From positions 23,249,828 through 23,313,541 of the forward strand of contig NC_069001.1 in NCBI RefSeq assembly GCF_001194135.2: a stretch of DNA of 63,714 nucleotides, read 5' to 3'. Positions within the stretch are counted from its first letter, which is position 1; each line of letters starts with the position of its first letter. The notes below the pieces were generated by a model that was not told where the DNA came from, did not search any database, and saw only the letters and a list, made by a program, of their open reading frames with translations. Of the stretch, positions 12,421 to 23,284 are shown piece by piece. The translations under genes were made by a program, and so were the position numbers. The DNA is from Octopus bimaculoides. Lineage: Eukaryota.

Positions 12421-12426
<6 letters not shown>
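12011..12426. mobile_element. Fold-back element (about 133-bp arms) with internal hammerhead
   Basis: 12011-12144 is the reverse complement of 12294-12426 at roughly 90% identity by eye; 149-nt spacer. Confidence 0.88.
12184..12253 (+). ncRNA. Type I hammerhead ribozyme-like motif, canonical core
   Basis: ACTATA CTGATGA TGGA[33 nt]TCCA GAAA TAC GTA TATAGT: 6-bp stem I, CUGAUGA, stem II base, GAAA, GUA triplet. Stem III is very short. Confidence 0.7.
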
Positions 12427-12461
<35 letters not shown>

Positions 12462-12464
<3 letters not shown>

Positions 12465-12865
12465 GCGCAGGCATGGCTGTGTGGTAAGGAGCTAGCTTCC
12501 CAACTTATGATTCCAGGTTCAGTCGCACTCCATGGCACCTTGGGCAAGTGTCCACTACTATAGCCTCGAGCTGACCAAAGCTTTGTGGGTGGATTTGGTA
12601 GACAGAAAGTGAAAGAAGCCCTTCATGTGTGTGTGTGTGTGTGTAAATTTGTGTGTTTGTATCTGTTTGTCTCCCCACCATCACTCGACAACCGATGCTG
12701 GTCTGTCTATGTCCCCATAACTTAGCAGTTCAGCAAAAGAGACTGAGAGAATACGTACTAGATTTACAAAGAATAAGTCCCAGGGGTCGATTTCTTTGAC
12801 TAAAATAGCCTTCAAGGTGGTGCTCCAGCATGACTACAGTCAAATGACTGAAACAAGTAAAAGAA
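12462..12865 (+). mobile_element. SINE family A, full length
   Basis: Head, core, (TG)n and tail all present. Confidence 0.9.
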
Positions 12866-13349
12866 CGTGTGTGTGTGTGTGCATGCACACGCACATGTGG
12901 GTGTGTGTGTATGTGGCATAATATGACAGAAAGATGAACAACACTGGACAAGGTTTTTGTCAGTGAAGAAAATATGAAAATATCTGATCTAATCAGCCTC
13001 TCCACTTGCTTGTTGTTTTCATTGGATTTTTATGGTTTTGCTCTGTTTTTGGTGGTGTGTTGTTACCTGGCTATTAATTAGCTGTCATATGAAACGTCAG
13101 TATCTATTTTATCTCATCTTATACAAATATAGAACATCTTCTGTTTATGTTTCCAATGATTGATGTCAGTTTTATTGACATCAATATTGTTTCTAATACA
13201 CCAACAGTTTAAGATGTTTTGGCTTAGAACAGAAATTGTCTTGTGGATATTATGGGAATTTTTATGCCAGATTTCTTTATTCCACTTCTTAGAGAAATTT
13301 AACTGAACTGTCTAAATGGAACAATTTATTTCTCTAACTTTGCCATCGT

Positions 13350-13620
13350 AGATGCAGGCATGGCAGTGTGGCTAAGCATCCTTGTGGTTTCAGGTTCAGT
13401 CCCCCTGTATGGCACTTTGACTGTAGCCCCAGCTGAGCAATGCTTTGTGAGTGGATCTGGTTGATGGAAACTGTGTGGAAGCCAGTCATATGTGTGTACG
13501 TATGAGTGTGTGTTTGTGTCCATTCTTCCCCACCATTGCTTGACAGCTGGTGTTTGTTTTGTGCTTATGTCCCTGTGACTTGACAGTTTAGTAAAAGAGA
13601 CTGATCAAATAAGTAACAGA
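13350..13620 (+). mobile_element. SINE family A, diverged and deleted
   Basis: GGTTCAGTCCC, GCTTTGTGAGTGGATCTGG and AGTAAAAGAGACTGATC motifs. Confidence 0.7.
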
Positions 13621-13689
13621 ATCCAGGGTATTTGCTAATTATGTGAATATATGAGATAGCAAAAGCATAATATTTACACCTATTTTCAG

Positions 13690-13794
13690 GCAGGAGATGT
13701 TAAATAAGATTGCTGTAGCTGAGGCCGTCTCAGTCTTAGACATTTCCATTTCCACTGATTTCACTGGATATCTTCATCCATCATTTGATAAAGA
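13690..13794 (+). CDS. Candidate coding exon (QEMLNKIAVAEAVSVLDISISTDFTGYLHPSFDK), phase 2-2
   Basis: Strong acceptor (cctattttcag); only this frame is open; weak donor GA|GTACCA. Confidence 0.28.
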
Positions 13795-14189
13795 GTACCA
13801 GATGAAAAGAAAACAAAAGAAAAAAAAAAAAACAACATAGATCAAGGGAGTGCTCCAGCATGGATGCAGTCAAATGACTGAAACAAATAAAAGATAAAAG
13901 ATAAAAGATGAATGATTGACATGATCACAATTTTTTTCCTCACTCAAACTCAGGAAGGAAGACATTCCAGCCATGGGAGACATTTCAACTGCATTCTGTA
14001 ATATGTGCTTCTGCATTTGAGGGAGATTTGTGTGTTTTTTTTTTCATTCTGTTGATATTGCTTAATGTAAAATTTACTGAAATCTCAGGTGAGTATGGAA
14101 ATCTCAGGTGAGTATGGAAAGTAGTGGTGGTATAGTTTTTGTGGTTGTTTATATATTTCAGCAGCAGCAGCAGTAACATCTTGTTATCA

Positions 14190-14400
14190 TCATCATCATC
14201 ATGTAACATCTCTTTTCCATACTAGCATGGGCTGGACAGTTTGACTGGGACTGGCAAGCTGCAGGGCTGTGCTAAGCTCCTGTATCAGCTTGGCAAGATT
14301 TCTACAGTTGGAAGCCCTTCATAATGACAACCAGTGTGCAGTGTTTACTGGGTGTATTTTTCATGCTACCAGCATTAGATAGGTTGTCAAGTATTACAAG
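14190..14400 (-). mobile_element. RTE LINE 3' UTR fragment
   Basis: (CAT)n, AGCATGGGCTGGACAGTTTGAC and GGAAGCCCTTCATAATGACAACC. Confidence 0.75.
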
Positions 14401-15564
14401 ACAGAAAAATCAGGAAAGAGAAAAGCACCCCCTAAGTGTGGGTTGGGCTATTAGGGAGGGGCCAGTGGCTTTATGCCAGGTGCTAGGAGGCTAAAGTATG
14501 ACAGAAGTACAGGCATGGGTGTCTTGTTATAGAGGAGATGCATGGCTGCCCTACACTATTGTTGTTACTGGCATCCTTTTGTTTCGGGAGACAAAAGAGT
14601 TGCACATACTGAAGTGCCAACTCCAGTTTCCTCTCCAGTTTTGTGCAGGCCTGGGCTAGATGTAAGAAAATCCTGGATGGCCCAATCATCAGGATTCCTT
14701 TCTTAATCTTGCTGACATTTCTTTGAAGGTTGTTTCTTTTTGTAACCCTGGATAGGGGCCCATACCGGGTACTGTCAACCGGAACCAGCTGAGCCTGGGA
14801 CTCCTGTCAGGCAGGGTCGTCACTCCCTGAAGTAGTGAAGAAAATCGCTACCCACTACCTATACCCTACACTATACATTATTCATAAACTGCTATTGTAA
14901 TGCACCTGGACACATCATCAGTGATAATTCCTGGACTCACTGGGTGCTCCAGATCTTTCAACAATCTGACACCCTCACCCAAGCAACTCAACCAGGGTTG
15001 GTCGAGCTCCAACTCATGTCCACTTAGCACTATCCCAGGTAGCACAATCTCTTCCAAGGCTTATTACCTCCTGATCCAGAACTACTTTGAAGCAACCTCT
15101 GTTGCATCCAGACCCTATTTGATGACCTTTTAGTTACAGATCCCAGTAATATACAATATGCCCTAGGCACTGCAGAAAGAGTAACCTACGAACCTTTTAC
15201 ATTCTATTTCAATAGAGCCACACCTTACTTTCCTCCCCCACCATCACCACCACTTCATTGTTTTGACATACCCCCACTCTCTCGGCATATTTCTCTCTCT
15301 CTCTCTCTCTCTCATTTGCCTTCTTAATAAAGTCCTTCCAGGGAATGGATTCTTCCTTACAGAACCAGCTACTTGCTTACTTCCAAGATCTGCACCGTGT
15401 CTGAGCTCAACAATTTTGAGGTGACGGTTTCTGGGAGATTCAGTCGATTCCCAAGGTCAACTTTCAGTACCTAGTCTTGTGCCATTGTAGTAGGTTTAAC
15501 TGTCATCTTCTCAGCAGCCTTGACATAAATAATAGCCTTGAGATGCCAGCAATGGCTAATCCCA

Positions 15565-15602
<38 letters not shown>

Positions 15603-15714
15603 CTAATATGTAAATGGAAGATCCTAGAATCTAAGTGTAGGAAGGTTATAGGTTTTGAGAAGTCTATGGTAGGTATAAAAAGCAATGTTCAGGAACGACA
15701 ATAATTTATTGACA

Positions 15715-15900
15715 TCAAAGGTAGGAAACGCTTTCCACAATAGCTTTTAGGATGGAGGTGGGGTGGTTGGAGAAGTTCACATAGTTGAGGTTTTCTCCAG
15801 GTTTGTGGTATGGGTAGAAGGTTTGGTTTTGCAAGTCTAGGGTTATGTCCAAGAAATTAGCAGTCTCTTTTACAGAAGATACTAAGGCCGTTTTTAAAAA
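15715..15900 (-). mobile_element. Penelope-like RT thumb fragment
   Basis: ANFLDITLDLQNQTFYPYHKPGENLNYVNFSNHPTSILKAI matches the PLE NFLD..PY.KP..Y..SNHP pattern. Confidence 0.8.
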
Positions 15901-15901
15901 C

Positions 15902-15929
<28 letters not shown>

Positions 15930-15934
<5 letters not shown>

Positions 15935-16245
15935 CTATGGACACATAAGAGGTGCAGTAGAATTACAGGTAGATTAACAGATAAAGTCATCTTCGTATGT
16001 GGCACATGTACTAGGAAAAATAAGCACTAAGAGCACATGGGACTTAGATTCTCTCAAATGCCCAGGAGGCTCTCTTGAGGTTATAGATAGTTTCTGTTAC
16101 CTAGGTAACAAAATTAACAATGGTGGAGGATGCTCTGAAAATATTGTTTCTAGAATAAGAATAGGGTGGAGGAAGTTCAGAGAGTTATTACCTCTGTTGG
16201 CAACAAAAGGACTCTCTCTCTCAGAATGAAAGGTAGACTGTGTTC
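15930..16245 (+). mobile_element. RTE LINE fragment (end of PHD insert plus RT C-terminal motif)
   Basis: KLWTHKRCSRITGRLTDKVIFVCGTC...LEVIDSFCYLGNKI...SRIRIGWRKFRELLPLL. Confidence 0.88.
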
Positions 16246-16637
16246 AATTCTGGCTTAGGTTAGCTCATCACTTTTCAGTGAATTGTTTATATAAAAAAAT
16301 ATTGTTTTAAATCAGAGTATATATATTATTATTATTATGATATATTACTATATAGCTATTACTGTACTAAGAGACTTCCATAGTTGTTCTGTCTCTGTAA
16401 CTTACAAAGCCTTCAGGTTTGTTAACAAATATCATATGTATTAGTCTCAGTTCCAAGTAGTGACTAGGAATAAACAAATTTTAGGTTAGTTAAAATATGT
16501 TTGTGGTACATTTTAACTTCTAAAAGCAAATTCACCAATATTACCGTAGTGAAGAAATTTTTTCATATTGTAAAAAGTGTAAATACACCATATCTGTCCA
16601 GTGCTTCTCCCTATCAGATTCCCAGATGCATGTTTCT

Positions 16638-16856
16638 TATTCTTTTATTGCCCACAAGGGGCTAAACATAGAGGGGACAGACAAAGGGATTAAGTCGATT
16701 ACATCGACCCCAGTGCGTAACTGGTACTTAATTTATCGACCCCGAAAGGATGAAGGGCAAAGTCAACCTCGGCGGAATTTGAACTCAGAACGTAACGGCA
16801 GCCGAAATACCGCTAAGCATTTCGCCCGGCGTGCTAACGTTTCTGCCAGCTCGCCA
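16638..16856 (-). mobile_element. SINE family B (Nin/Deu-like), young, 17-bp TSD
   Basis: CCCAGATGCATGTTTCT at 16621-16637 and 16857-16873; many CpGs retained. Confidence 0.95.
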
Positions 16857-17365
16857 CCCAGATGCATGTTTCTGGCTCTTTAGCCTTCCTCAATGGGAAA
16901 TACCAAAGAGAGATAAACCAGAAATGCATGTCTGGAAATATGATAGGTGGGAGCACTGATCAGATATGGTGCTTTTATACCTTTTAACCATAAGAGAGAA
17001 TATGTTCTCCACAGTAACTGCATTGGATTTGCTTTTGGAAGTTTAAATATGTCACAAACATATTTTAACTAACCTAAAGTTCATGCAGAGGACTCAGTTG
17101 AGTGTCTGAATAACATCCTATAGTTTTATTGGGGCCTTGAAGTAGAAGTGCAATTGATTTAGGAAAATAGAATTATATTTGTTCAATATACAGAGAAAGC
17201 ATTTACCTGTGAAAAAGTCATTACTGATGTATATAAAAAAGTGTATGTCTAAAAGAGAATTATATTTATATATAAATATATATACATATATATATATATA
17301 TANNNNNNNNNNNNNNNNNNNNNNNNNNNNNNNNNNNNNNNNNNNNNNNNNNNNNNNNNNNNNNN

Positions 17366-17393
<28 letters not shown>

Positions 17394-17397
<4 letters not shown>

Positions 17398-17849
17398 ATA
17401 CAGATAAACAAATTAGATGTATCAAAAATAATATAATAGTTTGGGCATGAAACACAAAATATGTTTATATATGTATACATGCAAAACAAGAGAAAGCAAA
17501 CGATGGAGACTTTCAGACGCCGAACATTTAAGTACAATTATATAGATATTTATATTCAAGTACAAATATATAGATATTTATATTAATAGATCCAACCTTC
17601 TGAGAGTGCAAACGACAGAGAAAAGTAAAGGGGTGGAAGAAAAGTGTTAGTTTTCTCAGTCTTTTGTACCCAGTGTACGCTGGATCTATTAAATATAAAT
17701 ATCTATATATTTGTACTTAAATATCCATCGTCTGAAAGTTTCCATCTTTTGTTTTCTCTCATTTTGCATGTATACATATAAATATATTTTGTGCTTCATG
17801 CCCAAACTATTATATATTTGGTATAACTAATTTGTTTATCTGCATAATT
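17394..17849. repeat. Fold-back element (about 170-200 bp arms, 86-nt spacer)
   Basis: 17394-17594 is the reverse complement of 17681-17849; the left arm carries an extra internal duplication of about 27 nt. Confidence 0.88.
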
Positions 17850-18029
17850 GCCTCTGTATCGACTCAACTTGGTCCCTCTTATAGCAACTTTTTACCCTGT
17901 GGAATCGATCCCTTGTAAAGACTTCTGAGTCTAAGTTTGAATCTTTTGAGCACAACTAAATGTTTTCTGTACTGAGAATCTCTGGATCTCATCTGTGGAC
18001 TATATATATATATATATATATATATTATT

Positions 18030-18356
18030 ATTATTATTATTATTATTATTTATTTATGCGCCCTTCTAAAGCCTAGCCAGGCTCATGAGCCCGGTTTCCT
18101 GGTTTCTATGGCGTATGTGTTTCTCCCAGCTGGACAGGACGCCAGTCCATCGCAGCTTTACTCAAGAAACAGGAAGAAAGAGTGAGAGAAAATTGGGACG
18201 AAAGTGTACAACGGGGGTCGCGACCACCACCTGCCGGAGCCTCATGAAGCTTAGGTGTTTTCGCTCAATAAACACTCACAATGCTCGATTTGGGAATCGA
18301 AACCGCGATCCTCCAACCACAAGTCCACTGCCCTAATCACTGGGCCATTGCACTTC

Positions 18357-18358
<2 letters not shown>
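18030..18358 (-). mobile_element. tRNA-headed SINE with V-domain-like core
   Basis: Minus strand: GGCCCAGTGATTAGGGC...GGTTTCGATTCCC head, CTGCGATGGACTGGCGTCCTGTCCAG core and (AAT)n tail. Confidence 0.75.
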
Positions 18359-18395
<37 letters not shown>

Positions 18396-18789
18396 TGTTG
18401 CATTTCGGGGTAGTCATTTCTTTTTTTTTTTTTTTTTCAAAATAAAACCACATGCTATATATTTGTCCTTCACTTGTTTATTATTGTTCTTATTTTAACT
18501 GCTCCCCTAAGTCCATGGACTAAGTAGAGCAGGAGCACACATGAGGATAGAAAGTGTCACTGAAGAGGTCACAGATGTGTGATGAAAGATTTCCGGACAA
18601 CGGACATGAGTTAAGATAGGTACAGTAATAAATGAGTGAAGAATGAATATATAGAGCGTGTGTTTATTTGGCAAAAGAAAAAAAAATGACCATCCCAAAA
18701 TACATCAATATCTATTTCGACACACAGTTTTACATCAGGAATCTTGCAACACAAATTCATAAACATAAATATATGTATCCTGTCTTGAG

Positions 18790-19090
18790 TGAGGATCATG
18801 TACTGCAATAACTTGGGATTCAAGGGCCCACAGCTATTTAACACCATACCAAAACATCTGAGGAATCTTCATGGAGTAGGGGTAGATGTTTTCAAGAAAT
18901 ATCTTGTCCTTCTGCAATCCAAAGTCCCAGATGAATCTATATCAAGGCAGGAAACTCAAAAGAGGGCAGCACTGTCAAACTTCCCCCCTTCATCAAAAGC
19001 CAATTGCATAAGATTGGCCATTGAAATGTAATTACACCAGTGATGCTCCAATATGGCAACAGCTTTAAGGGCTGAAATGTATAAAAGAAT
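18790..19090 (+). mobile_element. CR1/L2-group LINE 3' end
   Basis: YCNNLGFKGPQLFNTIPKHLRNLHGVGVDVFKKYL...VPDE is a typical CR1-group ORF2 C-terminus. Confidence 0.75.
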
Positions 19091-19509
19091 ATATATTTAA
19101 CAACAATGAAACAGAGCTATCATTGCTACAAATCATGATTCTCTTTATAAGGCAGATCTAGGACTAGAATTTCTAACGTTTCCATACTCTTTTTAAAGAT
19201 GTCTGAGTGCAGCTTGAGGGAGTAGCAGATCCTCTTTCATTGGCTTGTCAGTGATATTGTATAATAGATACATGTTCTGAAGTCAGTATTGTAAAAGTGA
19301 AATCCTCTCTTAGTCTTGTAGTGGACAACAAGAAATATTCAATATCAAGTGATAATATATGTGTATCAAGCAGTAAAAGCAATAATCCAAACACACTGTG
19401 TTGCTGTGTGTCATTACTTCCCCTGTGCTAAAGTTTTACTGTGGATGATATCTTTATAACAACTGACATATTAGCAGCAAAAACGTATTCGTTTTGCGAC
19501 AGAGTCTTC

Positions 19510-19695
19510 TATCTTTTATCTGCTTCAGTCATAAGACTGTGGCCATGCTGGGGCACTACCTTGAAGAAATTTTATTCAAATGATTTGACATGCTTTTTTT
19601 AAGTTTGGTATTTATTCTATCAGTCTTTTTTTGCCAGACTGCTAACTTACATGGATGTAACAAACCAGCACCGGTTGTCAAGCAGAGGTGGAAAA

Positions 19696-19729
<34 letters not shown>

Positions 19730-19880
19730 ACAGGCATCTTTCAGTTTCTGTCTACCAAACCCAATCACAAGGCTTTGGTCGGCCCGAGGCCCTAGTAGAA
19801 GACACTTGCCCAAGGTGCCATGCACTGGGACTGAACTTGGTATCATGAGGTCGGGAAGCTAGCTTCTTAGCACACAGCCA
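19510..19880 (-). mobile_element. SINE family A, full length
   Basis: Reverse complement of family motifs. Confidence 0.9.
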
Positions 19881-20042
19881 TGTTTGCACCTATAAGATCA
19901 TTTTGCCTCATTAATATTCAGCCATATTTATTTTTCGGATCTTTAATGGTGTCATTGTTGTTGGTTAACATTAGTTCAGCCCTGATTGAACGGGTCATGT
20001 TCAGACTCATTCCAACCATAAAATGTCCCTTTTCTTTTTCAG

Positions 20043-20069
20043 GTGGTGTGTGGGTTCATATGTAGACAG
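20043..20069 (+). CDS. Candidate 27-nt microexon (WCVGSYVD), phase 2-2
   Basis: ttttctttttcag|...CAG|gtaaaa; strong sites on both sides. Confidence 0.3.
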
Positions 20070-20416
20070 GTAAAATAGTGCAAATGGAATGAAGGGAATA
20101 AAAATGCACAATAGGAAAACTTGAGAGGTTACAACAAATCGATGAATATTTTAGAGATGGTGAACAATGTAGACACAAAACAAAATTAACATGAAAGTTG
20201 TGCACAATGAATTGCAAATTAAGATAAAAGAGAAGGAAAAGAGGTAGGTTGATATTTAGGGTGGACCCCTTATCAAAGTTGAGTGAGAAACAGGGAAACA
20301 GGGTTTGAAACAATACCTGTTTAAAGCATGTGTGTGTCACTTTTAACTACATACTGTCAAACGTGAGATGTGGATATGCAGGCATGCAACTTCACTGTTT
20401 CTTATGTATCATTCAG

Positions 20417-20459
20417 AAAAACTCATCCGTTTGATACAGAGGAAATTACATTGGCCTTT
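20417..20459 (+). CDS. Candidate exon (KTHPFDTEEITLAF), phase 2-0
   Basis: ttttcttatgtatcattcag|...TTT|gtgagt; phase matches 20043-20069. Confidence 0.33.
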
Positions 20460-20615
20460 GTGAGTTTTCTAGGAGCTAGGGAATTCCAGAAGGAATGCAT
20501 TATAGTGTAGGACTGGGGGAAATGGTTAGTACATAGCCTTCTCCTCCTAAGACATTAGGTGTGGTTTTAAAGAGATTTGGCTACCATTTCTAGTAGGTTG
20601 ATCCACTACTTAGAG

Positions 20616-20930
20616 CAGGGGTTCTAAACCATTTTTCATCTATGGATGCTTTTGATTACTATTCTATTCAATGTTTAAAAGCTAGTTTCATAGAAGCTTC
20701 TTTCAGAATTCCTAATTTATTATCCACACATTAATTTGCATAGGTTGAACTACGTATAATGTTAGAGGAAGAGAACTATTTCTTGCAATAAATAGATCTA
20801 AATTAAAATTTCTTCATGAATCCTTAATATACTGTGCATTCCCAATTTTCTATTTTGCTTATGTAGACCCACCAAAATCTTATATGGACCCTCCCCCCTC
20901 GGTCTTATGCACCCGAACAGAGAACCACTA
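20616..20930. mobile_element. hAT (Charlie-like) MITE with 8-bp TSD
   Basis: Ends CAGGGGTTCT / AGAACCACTA; flanks ACTTAGAG (20608-20615) and ACTTAAAG (20931-20938), 7/8 match with central TA. Confidence 0.85.
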
Positions 20931-21267
20931 ACTTAAAGGATCTCTCATTAGCTCAAATTCTTCGCTAATGTTGGTAATATTGGCATGGCATTGTAACTTT
21001 TCAACTTACATTAATTCCATTTCAATAAATTGGTCAAACTTATGATGAGGTTTTGAAATGATTGCTGATTTCTTGGATTATCTGTTAAACGGGGTTCTGT
21101 TGAATATTGGATTTTATATTTGACCAAGGGAACTAGCTGCCTGTTTTCCCTAAGGGCTTATGCCATTTCAAAATTAAACTGAAATACTGTCCAGGAAGCT
21201 GACTGTTGACATATTTGCTTCACCCATAAATCTCTTATGCTACTTGTTGCTTGTCATGTTTATACAG

Positions 21268-21400
21268 ATATCCAGAGGACATTGGTAAATATGTAATTAT
21301 CTTATCCCCAGAAGAGTCAAATTTCAACCGACCTGAAGATTACCACACTGAAGCACTCAAACCAAGCCAAATACAAAGAAAAGCTGCCATGTTTACCTGA
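21268..21400 (+). CDS. Candidate terminal exon (YPEDIGKYVIILSPEESNFNRPEDYHTEALKPSQIQRKAAMFT*)
   Basis: Acceptor tttatacag, 43 open codons then a stop, AATAAA about 120 nt downstream; no homolog recognised. Confidence 0.25.
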
Positions 21401-21704
21401 CACATTATCATCTTGGAGCATGGCATCACTAATGTAAATATTATTGTAGCATGTGTGGTCTGTTATTTTTCTGCATTAATATCCATGCACATCATACACA
21501 TGCATACAATTGGATACATAATAAATTATATGTAATTTCGAAATTGAGAAATTAATTAGAAAATTCCCAATAGAAAATATTTTAGAGGAAGTCAAAATTA
21601 CTAATAAAATGTTCTTACATTATTAATTATTATTGTTTCTCTCTTCCATTAACGATATGTGTCTAACAATATTTAATCTTTTATATTTATACATCTTTCT
21701 TTTA

Positions 21705-21888
21705 TCTTTGCTTTACTTGTTTCAGTCATTGGATTGTGATCATGCTGGAGCACCACATTGAAAAGTTTTAGTCAAATGAATCAACCCCAGTACATTTTTT
21801 CAACCTGGGACTTATTCTATCAGTTATGTTTGCTCAACTGCTAAGTTACGGGATGTAAACAAATAAATGTATATACACATGCATACAT

Positions 21889-21900
<12 letters not shown>
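21705..21900 (-). mobile_element. SINE family A 3' half (5' half probably at 23285-23457)
   Basis: Tail and body motifs end in the central (CA)(TA) tract. Confidence 0.8.
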
Positions 21901-21934
<34 letters not shown>

Positions 21935-21937
<3 letters not shown>

Positions 21938-22882
21938 CCCCCGATCCCTTATCTGGTGGTCAGTGCGGAAACTAGGGATAGATGAGTGGTTAGTGAGAGC
22001 TGTACGAGCCATGTACAGGGATGCTGTCAGTAAGGTGAGGGTTGGCAACGAGTACAATGAAGAATTCCAGGTAGGGGTCCACCAAGGATCAGTCCTCAGC
22101 CCCTCTTATTCATCATAGTCTTTCAGGCAATAACAGAGGAATTCAAGACAGGATGTCCCTGGGTGCTCCTCTATACTAATGAGCTTGCAGTAATAGCTGA
22201 GTCACTATCAGAACTAGAAACGTTTCAGGTGTGGAAGCAAGGACTAGAATTGAAGGGCCTTAGAGTCAACCTACCTAAAACCAAAGTCCTAATAAGTAGG
22301 AAGGCAGACAAACCACAAATCCCTTCAGGTAGATGACCCTGCTTGATCTGTAGAAAAGGCATAGGTAGAAACTCCATAAGATGTAACCAGTGTAAGCTAT
22401 AAACACATAAGAGGTGCAGCAATATCAAAGGAAGGTTAACTGGGAAGATAGTTTTTTTGTGTGTGGCAAATGCTCAGGGGCAATAAACACTGAAAATGTG
22501 CAGAAAACAGCTTCCGTCACATTTCAGGGGAAAAACTACAAGTAGTTGATAGCTTCCGTTACCAAAGTGACTAAGTCAGTGGGGGNNNNNNNNNNNNNNN
22601 NNNNNNNNNNNNNNNNNNNNNNNNNNNNNNNNNNNNNNNGGGGGTTGCTCTGAGAGTGTAGCTGCTAGAATAAGAATAGCCTGGGCAAAGTTCAGAGATC
22701 TCCTACCTCTGCTGGTGACAAAGGCCTCTCACTCAGAGTAAAAGGTAGACTGTATGATGCATGTGTGCGAACAGCCATGCTACATGGCAGTGAAACATGG
22801 GTCATGACTGCTGAGGACGTGCTTGAGCTTGCAAGGAATGAAGCTAGTATGCTCCACCGGATGTGTAATGTCAGTGTGCAGT
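21935..22882 (+). mobile_element. RTE LINE RT region with embedded PHD finger, degraded
   Basis: RVPRSLIWWSVRKLGIDEWLVRAVRAMYRDAVSKVRVG...GVHQGSVLSP...; then PCLICRKGIGRNSIRCNQCKL*THKRCSNIKGRLTGKIVF/VCGKC; then RLYDACVRTAMLHGSETW. Contains stops and frameshifts. Confidence 0.92.
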
Positions 22883-22959
22883 AGAGCACTCATTCTTACT
22901 GTTCGTTATTAGCATATATATATATACACAGTTATTAGTATGTATATATATATATATAT

Positions 22960-23145
22960 ATATTTTTTTTCTCTGTGTTTTTCTCCTTGTCTCCGTATTC
23001 TTTCTGTTGAAAAGCACAGCTCGAAACGTTAAAGACTTTCCGTATTCCCGAGCGTCATACTAATACATCCTTTTGTTGTTTACACCACCTGTCCTCGTCT
23101 GTTGTTGTTTTTTTCGTACATTCTCCCATATATATATATATATAC
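22960..23145 (+). mobile_element. Short repeat family H2 with hammerhead-like motif
   Basis: 22999-23035 reads TCTTT CTGTTGA A AAGC aca GCTC GAAAC GTT AAAGA. Second copy at 60070-60215 and tail piece at 49183-49260; flanked by (TA)n. Confidence 0.6.
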
Positions 23146-23284
23146 GTCGTACAGTTGCAGCATAGCTCCATGTTATTCTATCTCAATTGTTTGGAATCAG
23201 AGAAATCTGTGAAACCTGTTAAGTTTTTAAAAATGTGAAAACAAAAAACAAATTCTTGTGCATTTTCAACTTCTTTGATATACA

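Noticed and set aside
21040-21185. C/D box snoRNA (ATGATGA...CTGA)
   Set aside because: No terminal stem or recognisable guide; such boxes arise by chance in AT-rich DNA.
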